Part shown: one piece after another, positions 9,977 through 18,697 of the stretch | Position numbering within the stretch: position 1 is the first letter of the stretch | Layout: each line of letters begins with the position of its first letter | Assembly (NCBI GenBank): GCA_017439555.1 | Contig: JAFSIZ010000186.1 | Location: forward strand, 390 to 64,389 | Source: Oscillospiraceae bacterium | Lineage (GTDB): Bacteria; Bacillota; Clostridia; Oscillospirales; JAAYXM01 | Length of the DNA stretch: 64,000 nt | Direction: 5' to 3' | The notes under the pieces: generated by a model | The model's database searches: none | What the model was told of the DNA's origin: nothing | What the model saw: the letters and a program-made list of their open reading frames with translations, nothing else | Translations under genes and position numbers: made by a program

Positions 9977-10570
9977 ATGACATTAACTGAATTACAGAAT
10001 AAAATGCCGGAAATGGCAAAAAAACTTGGTTTTTTCTATGTTGAGGACTTCCTAAAGAAAAATGAAATTCCATATAAACCCTCCTTTTTTGGAGAGTCAA
10101 CAATCACCGATACTGATGCAGAAAAAGCCCTGACGATTTACCGCACCCTTATTGTGGAACAGGAAGAAGGAGAGCGAATTGCAAATGAAGAGGCTGATAG
10201 AAAAAAACGCGCAATGGCCCGCATGTTAATAACCTCCGGTTTTAATTTCGATGGATATCGAATTGCGAAATACTCGGGATATATCTCGGGAGATGATGCT
10301 ATGACTGTTGATCGTGGCTCGGCATTTACAGATGGGGGAGTTAGAGATAAGCTTATGTTGTCTCTGACGAAAATTCGCAGAAATGCACTGCACGAGTTAA
10401 AAGAAGCGGCTTATGACTTAGGGTGCAATGCTGTGATTGGTGTTGATTTTGATTATATTACACTAGATCCACAAACCGCAAATATCACTGGCGGAACAAC
10501 TTATCAGCCCTATGTCTTCTGTGTTACAGCTAATGGCAATGCAGTTATCATTGAAAAAATCGAGGATTAA
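9977..10570 (+). CDS. YbjQ (UPF0145) domain protein with N-terminal extension
   Basis: C-terminal ITSGFNFDGYRIAKYSGYISGD...LKEAAYDLGCNAVIGVDFDY matches the YbjQ_1 family pattern. Confidence 0.62.
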   Translation: MTLTELQNKMPEMAKKLGFFYVEDFLKKNEIPYKPSFFGESTITDTDAEKALTIYRTLIVEQEEGERIANEEADRKKRAMARMLITSGFNFDGYRIAKYSGYISGDDAMTVDRGSAFTDGGVRDKLMLSLTKIRRNALHELKEAAYDLGCNAVIGVDFDYITLDPQTANITGGTTYQPYVFCVTANGNAVIIEKIED

Positions 10571-10640
10571 CAATATACACCAATTTACAAATACTGATTA
10601 CACAAATTTCCTATCGCGTTGCATAATGTGACAGAACGAT

Positions 10641-10675
10641 AAAAAAGCGAGGTGAATTTCACCTCGCTTTTTGTT
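10641..10675. terminator. Bidirectional terminator (copy 2 of the duplicated hairpin)
   Basis: aaaaaagcgaggtg-aattt-cacctcgcttttt between convergent genes. Confidence 0.75.
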
Positions 10676-10696
10676 TGCATTGTCAGCCCGGGCTGT

Positions 10697-11143
10697 TTAT
10701 TGTTTTTTCAAAAGCTCAAAGAACATATTCCTATAAAAATGATACCCTCTGCCGCTGTAATTGCCGGGATGGCTCATACAGATTTTTGGCTTGGTAATCA
10801 ATATAAAATCCTCTTGGTCAAAAGCCTTGCAGACAACTCCGAAAAAAGCACCGTCCTTGACTATGCATTCATCAAGGCTGATTTCCACATCCTTTTCTTC
10901 CTTGGAATAATCGTCGCGCCCGTCTCCTGCATCTGTGCTGCTCTCATAGTCATGAACATAGGTAGTGTGAACATACCATCCGGAAGCTTCTTTGGCAAGT
11001 TTCCCGGCAAAAGCATCATCATATTCAACCGGAGCAATCCATAAGCTGACGCTGACCATATCATTCTTCTCTTTGTCGAATTCGCGGCGTTCCAGCTTGA
11101 CGGCGCCCTCAGAATTTTCATCGACTATTGTTTTGATAAGCAT
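10697..11143 (-). CDS. Hypothetical protein
   Basis: 148-aa ORF with no recognisable motif. Longest ORF in this gap. Confidence 0.4.
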   Translation of the reverse strand: MLIKTIVDENSEGAVKLERREFDKEKNDMVSVSLWIAPVEYDDAFAGKLAKEASGWYVHTTYVHDYESSTDAGDGRDDYSKEEKDVEISLDECIVKDGAFFGVVCKAFDQEDFILITKPKICMSHPGNYSGRGYHFYRNMFFELLKKQ

Positions 11144-11371
11144 ATATTTTCCCTCTTTAACTTATAAATTTTTACTCGTTGATTGTAGCATATTTCATTC
11201 CGAAAGTAAATAACGGTTATATCTGTTTCTGCAGCAGTAAATGAATCCGACTGAAAACAAAACTGACATCGCCAGAAAAGCGATGTCAGCAGGTTGCCTG
11301 AATTCAAATGTTTTTTATGTGCTGCCTGATGCAGGCGGAAACAGTAACGGACGGTGTCCGCTTTATATGTA

Positions 11372-11926
11372 TCAGTCCTGCCTGTATTTCTCACGCTCGG
11401 TGAGGAAAAGGTTACCGCCATGGGAATCGATGGCAACTGTGCAGGGAAGCTCTTCGACAGTCATACGCTTTATCGATTCGCAGCCGAGCTCGGGAAAAGC
11501 TATGACGTCTGCCGTCTTTATCGATTTTGCAACGAGAGCACCTGCGCCGCCGACGGCACAGAGATAGACGGCTCCGTTGCGGACGATTGCATCACACACT
11601 GCCTCGTCGCGCTCGCCCTTTCCTATCATACAGGAAAGCCCGAGGTCCAGAAGGCGCGGAGCAAAGCCGTCCATACGTCCGGAGGTAGTCGGGCCGCAGG
11701 CGCCGACCGGTGCGCCGTTTTTGCCCGGTGTCGGGCCGGCATAATAGATTATTGCGCCGGAAAGCTCAAACGGAAGCTCGGCCCCCTCGTCGAGAAGGGC
11801 AAAGATGCGCTTGTGAGCTGCGTCGCGCGCTGTGTATATAGTGCCCGAGAGGAGAACGGAATCACCTGCACGGAGCGTCGGTATTATTTCTTTAAGCTCA
11901 GATGTGTTGACGTGAATGGAAGCCAC
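11372..11926 (-). CDS. Fe-S hydro-lyase beta subunit (class I fumarate hydratase / L-tartrate dehydratase beta type)
   Basis: 184 aa. ...GTIYTARDAAHKR...IIYYAGPTP...GPTTSGRMD...MIGKGER... is typical of the FumA_C/TtdB domain. Confidence 0.8.
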   Translation of the reverse strand: MASIHVNTSELKEIIPTLRAGDSVLLSGTIYTARDAAHKRIFALLDEGAELPFELSGAIIYYAGPTPGKNGAPVGACGPTTSGRMDGFAPRLLDLGLSCMIGKGERDEAVCDAIVRNGAVYLCAVGGAGALVAKSIKTADVIAFPELGCESIKRMTVEELPCTVAIDSHGGNLFLTEREKYRQD

Positions 11927-11946
11927 GGTGATTGTTCCTTTCTGTA

Positions 11947-12687
11947 TTATTCTTCGCTGCCTATGCGCGAGCGGATGCCTGAAAGCTTGTCCTCAGCACC
12001 GCTGACAGCATCGGACAGAGAGGTGACGTTGTTTTTGACGGAATCGGCAATACGGGTGATGCGCGAATCCATGCTGTCAACCTCGTTGCGGAGCGAAGTC
12101 AGAAGTCTTGCGACCGTCGCGAAGATTTCGTCAGCCTCACGGACGCTCGACTCGCGCTTTTCATCAAAATCGCGGCGGCGAAGCGAGAGCTCGTCATCGA
12201 GCGCCGCTCTTTTTGCCGCAGCTTCGCGCTCTGCTTCGGCGATAATGTCCGCAGCTCTTGCGCGTGCTGATATTTCGATGTCTGCAAGCTCTGCCTTGCG
12301 CGCGGTATATTCGCTTTCGACAAGAGAGAGCGATTCTGCGCGGCTTGCGAGGGCAGCAAGCTCTGCCTCTGCACGGGAGAGCGCTTCCTCAGCCTGCGCG
12401 CGTGACTGCTTTTCAGCGGCAAGCTCTGCGACTGTTGCGGAATGCTTTTCGGTAAGAGCATCAAGCTCTTCGCTCTTTTCCATCAGCTCGAGTATTCTCT
12501 CGTCTGCTGTGCGCAGCTGCGCGGAAAGAGCTGTGCGTGCGCTGTCTGCCGAAAGATATTTCTCCTCCAGCGCGCGGAGCTCTGCGTTATATTTTTCTGC
12601 GGATGCCTGAATATAGCTGTTTACATCCTCTTTTGAAAAGCCGCCGAAAAGCGACTTGCGGAAGGCCTTTTTCTCTGTGCTTTCCAT
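11947..12687 (-). CDS. DivIVA-like coiled-coil protein
   Basis: The N-terminal FRKSLFGGFSKEDVNSYI resembles the DivIVA N-domain. The rest is Ala/Glu/Arg-rich coiled coil. Confidence 0.5.
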   Translation of the reverse strand: MESTEKKAFRKSLFGGFSKEDVNSYIQASAEKYNAELRALEEKYLSADSARTALSAQLRTADERILELMEKSEELDALTEKHSATVAELAAEKQSRAQAEEALSRAEAELAALASRAESLSLVESEYTARKAELADIEISARARAADIIAEAEREAAAKRAALDDELSLRRRDFDEKRESSVREADEIFATVARLLTSLRNEVDSMDSRITRIADSVKNNVTSLSDAVSGAEDKLSGIRSRIGSEE

Positions 12688-12711
12688 TATATTACCCCCA
12701 GATGCGGTATT

Positions 12712-13038
12712 TTATTTGAGCGCGTCTTCAAGAGCCGCGGCAAAGCTGTCCTTCGGAAGAACGCCGACCTTTTTATCAAACACTTCGCCGTCTTTGAATA
12801 TGATTATTGTCGGTATTGACATAATGCCGAATTTTGCGGCGAGCTCGCTCTCCTCATCCACGTTTACCTTATAGACATCGACACGGCCTGCAAAATCAGC
12901 CGAGAGCTCGTCTATAACAGGTGCGAGCATCATGCACGGGCCACACCAGGACGCCCAGAAATCGACGAGAACAACGCCGCTGTTGTTTGCGACCTTATCA
13001 GCAAAATCAGCTGTTTTGAGTGATATAGCATTAGACAT
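12712..13038 (-). CDS. trxA: Thioredoxin
   Basis: 108 aa with the WCGPC active site and the canonical thioredoxin layout. Confidence 0.92.
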   Translation of the reverse strand: MSNAISLKTADFADKVANNSGVVLVDFWASWCGPCMMLAPVIDELSADFAGRVDVYKVNVDEESELAAKFGIMSIPTIIIFKDGEVFDKKVGVLPKDSFAAALEDALK

Positions 13039-13164
13039 ATAAATCGCTCCTTAACGTAAAATATTATTATATAATTGTAGTATATCACGTTTTGCCGAAC
13101 TTTACAAATATATTTTTTATAAAGGCGTGTTTTCTTTGGCTTACGATGTTCCGCCAATAGCAAA

Positions 13165-13198
13165 CAACCACCTGAAGGGCTTGACCTTCGGGTGGTTG
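13165..13198 (-). terminator. Hairpin downstream of ankyrin gene 1 (part of a repeated 3' module)
   Basis: caaccacc...ggtggttg stem. The same hairpin occurs at about 16283-16316. Confidence 0.5.
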
Positions 13199-13236
13199 TG
13201 ACGTGCAAACTCTTGCCTGTCTCCGGGGTTTACAGG

Positions 13237-14049
13237 TTATCCTTCAAACCCATATTCCTTTGCCATTTCCGCAACTGTCTCCGCCCATTCGGGAGATACT
13301 TTTTTCAGGTGATCCATAGCACATTCTCCATTCTCATCCTTTGCATACGGGTCTGCGCCATTTTGCAGCATAAGCTCAAATGTCTCATATGAGTATTTGT
13401 CAAAATCGCGGCAGTATATCCTGATGTATCGCCCTCCTCGAACGTCGCTTCCGCATTCTTCAACCAAATAGCGAATGGCCTCATCATGTCCCCAGTAAAA
13501 TGCTCCGCTTATATTGCCAAAAGAATGAGTATCCGCGCCTGCCTCCACAAGTTCCCTCAATATCTCCATTCCATTCGGCGGAAGGTCATCTTCAAATAAA
13601 AGATAATCTATAGCATTACAACCATATCTCTTACTGTTGGCATCAGCTCCGTTTTCTATTAAGTATTTGACAATACTTAAATTGTCGGCATTTTCGTTCA
13701 CCACAGCATAGCTTAAAGGCGAGATCGCAGCATTCATTGGTGTATAGTTGGCATCAGCCCCGTTTTCAACCAAAACCTTTACCATATCAGCATTCCCTTT
13801 TTCGCAAGCTAACTGTAACGGAGTTCTGCGGTCGTTCTTTTCACAAAAACATTCTATCACAGGAAATCCCAATACAGAATTCGGGTCTCCAAAAAACAAA
13901 GCTACCTTCAGTCGTTGCATATCATCGTTTTCTATTGCTCTTAACATCTGTCCGCAGAAAAATTTCTCTGCATCATAATGTATTTTAAAACACATCAGGA
14001 TTGCAGCTATAACTGATATAACGATTAAAGTGATTTTCTTTCTATCCAA
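13237..14049 (-). CDS. Membrane-anchored ankyrin-repeat protein (paralogue 1)
   Basis: N-terminal TM helix ITLIVISVIAAILMCF. ANK repeats such as TPLQLACEKGNADMVKVLVENGADAN. Conserved tail SPEWAETVAEMAKEYGFEG. TTG start. Confidence 0.8.
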   Translation of the reverse strand: MDRKKITLIVISVIAAILMCFKIHYDAEKFFCGQMLRAIENDDMQRLKVALFFGDPNSVLGFPVIECFCEKNDRRTPLQLACEKGNADMVKVLVENGADANYTPMNAAISPLSYAVVNENADNLSIVKYLIENGADANSKRYGCNAIDYLLFEDDLPPNGMEILRELVEAGADTHSFGNISGAFYWGHDEAIRYLVEECGSDVRGGRYIRIYCRDFDKYSYETFELMLQNGADPYAKDENGECAMDHLKKVSPEWAETVAEMAKEYGFEG

Positions 14050-14269
14050 GATTCAATGACCTCCATATTCTTTGTAGTGGTGTCGTTGTATCATACGGTG
14101 TGTTTCCGTAAATAATCCACGGAAATAAATCTGCTATTCCATGCAAAGCAGGATGCTTGCAAGGCCTTCGAGGAATGCTGCTTCGCCTTTTTGTGTTAAA
14201 ACCTCTTCGCCGCTTGGCAAAGTCATAATTCCCGGCTCGTCGCGTTCCGTTTGTTGTTTCACTTTGTGC
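14042..14269 (-). pseudogene. Remnant of the 3' end of a gene like the 423-aa ORF at 17170-18441
   Basis: The minus-strand translation ...GNYDFA...ALHGIADLFPWIIYGNTPYDTTTPLQRIWRSLNLG* aligns with the C-terminus ...GSYNYA...HGLLDILPWIRYGNTPYDTTTPQQRIGGLFNFG*. It has the same 8-nt overlap with the ankyrin start. An in-frame TAG lies at 14270-14272. Confidence 0.75.
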
Positions 14270-14291
14270 CTATGCGGCTTTTTTGCAAATT

Positions 14292-14963
14292 TCACTTTGT
14301 CGGCATATTCTTATATGCAACAACAAAATTTAAAATATATAATGGAGCAAATAAAGATGATAAAATGCAAAACGATACTATTTCCTTTTCTTTTATCGCA
14401 TCCGGATCCATTGCCAACACAGCAAACTTGCTCGGTTGTGCAGCCCCTAAGGCTACGAATGCAAAAATGATAAAAATCATTGTAACATAGAGAAAGCACT
14501 TTAAAAGAAACGCCATATTGCTGCGGATGACAGACAGAAATGAATTTTTTGCATCCTCTGCAGCATGACACAAAGACAAAACAACAACTCCGCCTATAAG
14601 CCAAAAAGTTAGTAATGTACAAATTTGAATAACCATCTTATCAATACCTTTGTACAAGAAAAAACGATATCCGAAAGAAATAAAAACAAGTATAATTGAC
14701 CGGAGTAAAACGACCGCAATGTATTTTCGGGAGAGTTTCATATGCCTTTCAAGAGCGGATGAAATGAGCAGAGCTGCTGACAGAACAGAAACAAAGCTTA
14801 ATGCAAATGTCAAAATAAACAACAGTATTGCAGAAGCCTCCGATGAAAAAATCCAAAAATTTAAAAACATCGGACAAATTATTAAAAGCGAAAACGGCAA
14901 ATACAACCATATTCTTTTTAAATATATTACCAGCGCATCAGTAAACACTTCTCTTGATTTCAT
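14292..14963 (-). CDS. Polytopic membrane protein (function unknown)
   Basis: 223 aa with about 6 hydrophobic helices, in AT-rich sequence. Confidence 0.5.
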   Translation of the reverse strand: MKSREVFTDALVIYLKRIWLYLPFSLLIICPMFLNFWIFSSEASAILLFILTFALSFVSVLSAALLISSALERHMKLSRKYIAVVLLRSIILVFISFGYRFFLYKGIDKMVIQICTLLTFWLIGGVVVLSLCHAAEDAKNSFLSVIRSNMAFLLKCFLYVTMIFIIFAFVALGAAQPSKFAVLAMDPDAIKEKEIVSFCILSSLFAPLYILNFVVAYKNMPTK

Positions 14964-15106
14964 TACTGCATATGATTAAAACCATCCCCCCGAAGGATGT
15001 TTTAATTTTTCTCCCCTCTTGAATTTTAATAATTCTTCATAGCTTTGCGTATTTCTTCATCACGAATTTTGCTTATAACCTATTGCCTGTCTCCGGGATT
15101 TACAGG

Positions 15107-15919
15107 TTATCCTTCAAACCCATATTCCTTTGCCATTTCCGCAACTGTCTCCGCCCATTCGGGAGACACTTTTTTCAGGTGATCCATGCCGCATACTCCG
15201 TCTTTATTCTTTGCATACGGACTTGCTCCGTGTTGCATCATAAGCTCAAATATCTCATATGAGTATCCGCCAAAACCACGGCAATACAAATACATATACA
15301 AATAATCACTGACTTCCAATCCGCATTCTTCAATTAAGTATTGAATAACCTCATTATTTCCCCAGTAAAATGCTTGATATGAATCTTCAACATTTGCTCC
15401 TGCGTTTACCAGCTCACGCAAGATTTCCATTCCATTTTGAGGAAGTTCTTTGTCGGATAACAACCAGAACAAGGGACTCCTTACCGAATACTTCGAAGGA
15501 TTGACGTCTGCATCGTTTTCAATCAGATATCTGACTATCTCCAAATTCTCTGGGGTGTCATTTTCAACTGCATAATTCAACGCAGGATCAGAGGCGTTCC
15601 ATGAAGTATAATTAACATCTGCCCCGTTTTCAACCAAAACCTTTACCATCTCAAAATCACCTTTTTCGCAAGCTGCTTGCAAAGGTGTCCTTCGATCTGA
15701 TCGCTCCGATAGAACATCAAGCAGCGGAATCCCCAGCGAAGAATTCGGGTCTCCAAAAAACAAAGCTACCTTCAGTCGTTGCATATCATCGTTTTCTATT
15801 GCTTTGAGCATCTGTCCGCAGAAAAATTTTTCTGCCATATTATGCGCTATCATGCCGTGATATATCATTGATATAACCAACGCAACTATCAAACATATTT
15901 TCTTAACTATTTTCATCAC
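15107..15919 (-). CDS. Membrane-anchored ankyrin-repeat protein (paralogue 2)
   Basis: N-terminal TM helix. TPLQAACEKGDFEMVKVLVENGADVN. Tail identical to paralogues 1 and 3. Start is GTG 15919 or ATG 15916. Confidence 0.8.
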   Translation of the reverse strand: MMKIVKKICLIVALVISMIYHGMIAHNMAEKFFCGQMLKAIENDDMQRLKVALFFGDPNSSLGIPLLDVLSERSDRRTPLQAACEKGDFEMVKVLVENGADVNYTSWNASDPALNYAVENDTPENLEIVRYLIENDADVNPSKYSVRSPLFWLLSDKELPQNGMEILRELVNAGANVEDSYQAFYWGNNEVIQYLIEECGLEVSDYLYMYLYCRGFGGYSYEIFELMMQHGASPYAKNKDGVCGMDHLKKVSPEWAETVAEMAKEYGFEG

Positions 15920-16088
15920 GTCTTCCTCTTATCCTCTCTGAAATTGTTGTACTGTCATCAGGGCTGTTCCCATAGAGGTACCAAGGTAACATATCCAGGA
16001 AAAAATGTGAAACAGGACGCCATCTAGGATTGGGAAAATTGTATGTTCCTATATCATCGGGTACTTCAATAATCCAGCTTCCGCTCCG
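15903..16088 (-). pseudogene. Second 3' remnant of a gene like the 423-aa ORF
   Basis: Minus-strand translation SWIIEVPDDIGTYNFPNPRWRPVSHFFLDMLPWYLYGNSPDDSTTISERIRGRRDENS* aligns with ...GQIVYAAEDQGSYNYANPNFWVQHGLLDILPWIRYGNTPYDTTTPQQRIGG.... The 138-bp promoter repeat lies directly upstream of it. Confidence 0.75.
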
Positions 16089-16133
16089 CTACCTTTGACA
16101 CAAAGGGGAGCTTTTAGTGGTTTTGTGCGGTTG

Positions 16134-16271
16134 TTTTTATTATAACATAGTTTTTTATATTTGCAAATCGCGCACTATTTGCAAACACAATGCCGCATTT
16201 GCGCACTCAATGCAGCATTAAAGCGATTATACCACAAATTTATTTTTTGGCACGCCAACTTTTTGCCATCT
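16134..16271 (-). repeat. 138-bp repeat, copy A (promoter/leader module)
   Basis: Identical to 18454-18591 apart from 2 mismatches. Contains TGgTATAAT (extended -10 on the minus strand, 16226-16231) and the ttgcaaat/atttgcaa palindrome. Confidence 0.85.
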
Positions 16272-16352
16272 AAAAAAACAACAACCACCCGAAGGCTTGC
16301 CCTTCGGGTGGTTGTGACGTGCAAACTCTTGCCTGTCTCCGGGATTTACAGG

Positions 16353-17177
16353 TTATCCTTCAAATCCATATTCCTTTGCCATTTCCGCAACTGTCTCCGC
16401 CCATTCGGGAGCAGGACTTTCTTTTAGATAATCAATGGCACATTTTCCATACTCATCCCTTGCATATGGGTCTGCGCCGCGCTTTAGAAAATACTCAAAT
16501 GTTTCACGCGAATATTCAGCGCGACCATAACAATACGCGCAAAGATAAAACTCATCAGATGCATCAAAGCCATATTCTTCGACAAAAAACCTTATCACCT
16601 CTTCGTGTTTCCAGTAACATGCGTTACGAAGATATAACTCTCGTTGCTTGTCTTCCACTTCTTTCATCAGCTCTTTCAGAATTTCCATTCCATTTGGCTC
16701 CAAAGAACGTCTTGCCAAAAAATCTGCTACGATTATCCCATGACCTACACAACACTCATAATTCACATCCGCACCTTGACCCAGAAGATATTTGACGATT
16801 TCCAGATTGTTATTACTTTGACTTTCTGCCGCATATTGTATTGGTGATATGACTGCATTTAATGGCGTATAGTTGACATCAGCCCCTCCTTTCACTAAAA
16901 GCTTCACCATATCTATATTTCCTTTTTTACAAGTTGCCTGCAAAGGGGTTTGCCGAGTACCCGTTTCACCAATAGTTCCTTCAATCCAGGAAATCCCCAA
17001 CACGGAATTCGGATCTCCGAAAAACAAAGCTTCCTTTAACCGTGGTATATCCTCTGTTTCTATTGCGCCAAGCATCTGCTTGCAGAAAAATTTCTCTGCA
17101 TCATAATGTATTTTAAAACACATCAGGATTGCAGCTATAACCGATATAATGGTCAGAACGATTTTATTTTTATCCAA
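16353..17177 (-). CDS. Membrane-anchored ankyrin-repeat protein (paralogue 3)
   Basis: N-terminal TM helix. TPLQATCKKGNIDMVKLLVKGGADVN. Conserved tail. The TTG start overlaps the stop of the upstream 423-aa ORF by 8 nt. Confidence 0.8.
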   Translation of the reverse strand: MDKNKIVLTIISVIAAILMCFKIHYDAEKFFCKQMLGAIETEDIPRLKEALFFGDPNSVLGISWIEGTIGETGTRQTPLQATCKKGNIDMVKLLVKGGADVNYTPLNAVISPIQYAAESQSNNNLEIVKYLLGQGADVNYECCVGHGIIVADFLARRSLEPNGMEILKELMKEVEDKQRELYLRNACYWKHEEVIRFFVEEYGFDASDEFYLCAYCYGRAEYSRETFEYFLKRGADPYARDEYGKCAIDYLKESPAPEWAETVAEMAKEYGFEG

Positions 17178-18441
17178 AATTAAACAAACCTCCTATTCTC
17201 TGCTGTGGTGTCGTTGTATCATATGGTGTGTTTCCATAACGAATCCACGGCAATATATCTAAAAGCCCGTGTTGCACCCAAAAATTCGGATTTGCATAGT
17301 TATATGAACCTTGGTCTTCCGCTGCATAAACAATTTGACCATCCTCGTTAAATATTACTTCACGTTTTCCGTCGGGGGAAATATATTTGGTATACCTCTC
17401 TCCGTCTGGTGCTGTAAACTGATGGCAATTAGCCCTTTCAGTTTTCCAGCCTATAGCTCTTGCCGCATCGTCATTTTCAGGCAAATCCACATTATACCTG
17501 TTTCTTGAATAGTGCATATTTCTTGCGCTTTCGTCCAATGCACCGAACACAGCGCCTGTATCAAAATATTCCAAACCCTCTCCGACTCGGTCAATAAGCC
17601 TCGGTAAATTCTCCGGAATAATCTGGCTTACCAACGGGTTTTCAGCATCGTATGCAAGCGTTTCGGCATTATTGCGGCGAATCTCATCTCGTGCGGCTCT
17701 CAGTCCTTCCGCATTTTGTTTGTTATCAAACGTAGGATTTTCCAAAGCGATGGCTTCTTCATATTCCAGGTCTCCGTTATGGTAGCTTGCACCGAATTGC
17801 CCTATAAAATCATCCTCATATGTTCGATTGCGGCTGTCGAGAATATATTTTACGCGTTCTTTCCTCGTTGCCATTTCGCGCTCTACCTGTTCATATGTTT
17901 TGCGGTCTCCCGATTCCCAGGCACGCACAAGTCTCTTATACCACGCAGAGTTCGGGTCGCGATTTTCAGCCGCCTCAATATCCGCAAGTTCCGCGTTCAA
18001 AGCAGATACATCTGAAAAATCAATTTGTCTTTCTCTTTCTGCATATGCTGCGCGGACGCGCGAATCATATGCGTCTCTGTTCTGCGTTCTTGAGGTTGTC
18101 TGTGGCGTGGTTGGCTCAGTGTGTGCTGTTGGATTTATGCCGAAGCGTCTGAGTCGCTCCTGTTGGTCGTTCTGCCAATCATATCGCGGTGTATATATCG
18201 GCGATTTTGAGTATGGCGATTCATATGCTTCAAAGCTGCTTTCAAAGCCGGGCTTTTTCTTCTTCGGCTGAGATGATGCTTTGCTTTGTGTCTGTGCCGC
18301 TCGTTTTGCTTGGTTTTCCTTTGTTGGGGCAAGGCTTGAGTTTTGTGTCGATGGTTGTGCCGAGGTTTTCATTCCAAGTGATTCAAGAAATTCATCCGGA
18401 TTTCTCAGAAGATTATATCCGGCACCTTGTAAACTGTACAT
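17170..18441 (-). CDS. Uncharacterised 423-aa protein; candidate toxin/effector partner of the ankyrin genes (function inferred only)
   Basis: GGAGAAG RBS. No signal peptide. The N-terminal third is Ser/Gln/Pro/Lys-rich and probably disordered. The C-terminal tip is conserved in the two remnants. Translationally coupled to ankyrin gene 3. Confidence 0.7.
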   Translation of the reverse strand: MYSLQGAGYNLLRNPDEFLESLGMKTSAQPSTQNSSLAPTKENQAKRAAQTQSKASSQPKKKKPGFESSFEAYESPYSKSPIYTPRYDWQNDQQERLRRFGINPTAHTEPTTPQTTSRTQNRDAYDSRVRAAYAERERQIDFSDVSALNAELADIEAAENRDPNSAWYKRLVRAWESGDRKTYEQVEREMATRKERVKYILDSRNRTYEDDFIGQFGASYHNGDLEYEEAIALENPTFDNKQNAEGLRAARDEIRRNNAETLAYDAENPLVSQIIPENLPRLIDRVGEGLEYFDTGAVFGALDESARNMHYSRNRYNVDLPENDDAARAIGWKTERANCHQFTAPDGERYTKYISPDGKREVIFNEDGQIVYAAEDQGSYNYANPNFWVQHGLLDILPWIRYGNTPYDTTTPQQRIGGLFNFG

Positions 18442-18453
18442 AATTTCTTCTCC

Positions 18454-18591
18454 TTTTTATTATAACATAGTTTTTTATATTTGCAAATCGCGCACTATTT
18501 GCAAACACAATGCCGCATTTGCGCGCTCAATGCAGCATTAAAGCGATTATACCACAGATTTATTTTTTGGCACGCCAACTTTTTGCCATCT
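18454..18591 (-). repeat. 138-bp repeat, copy B (functional promoter/leader of the 423-aa gene)
   Basis: See copy A. The -10 TATAAT is at 18546-18551 on the minus strand. Confidence 0.85.
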
Positions 18592-18697
18592 TTAAAATTG
18601 CAGACAACTTTTTCCAAAAAATTGACGATAACGTTTATATATGTTAAAATATAATATAATGAAAATGAAGGCTGAAACTGAAAAGGAGATTTTGAAT

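Noticed and set aside
11354-12610. 418-aa plus-strand ORF rich in Ser/Ala/Arg
   Set aside because: It runs antisense to the well-supported hydro-lyase beta-subunit gene and the DivIVA-like gene. Its low-complexity composition is the mirror of an Ala/Glu/Arg coiled coil, and it has no RBS.
16319-16795. 158-aa plus-strand ORF
   Set aside because: It is antisense to ankyrin paralogue 3, and similar shadows occur opposite the other paralogues.
13237-17177. Ankyrin genes as eukaryotic contamination or secreted host-targeting effectors
   Set aside because: They sit between bacterial terminators and promoters, use TTG/GTG starts, overlap a bacterial gene and carry N-terminal membrane anchors. A within-genome cassette array explains them better. 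An effector role cannot be excluded but has no support here.
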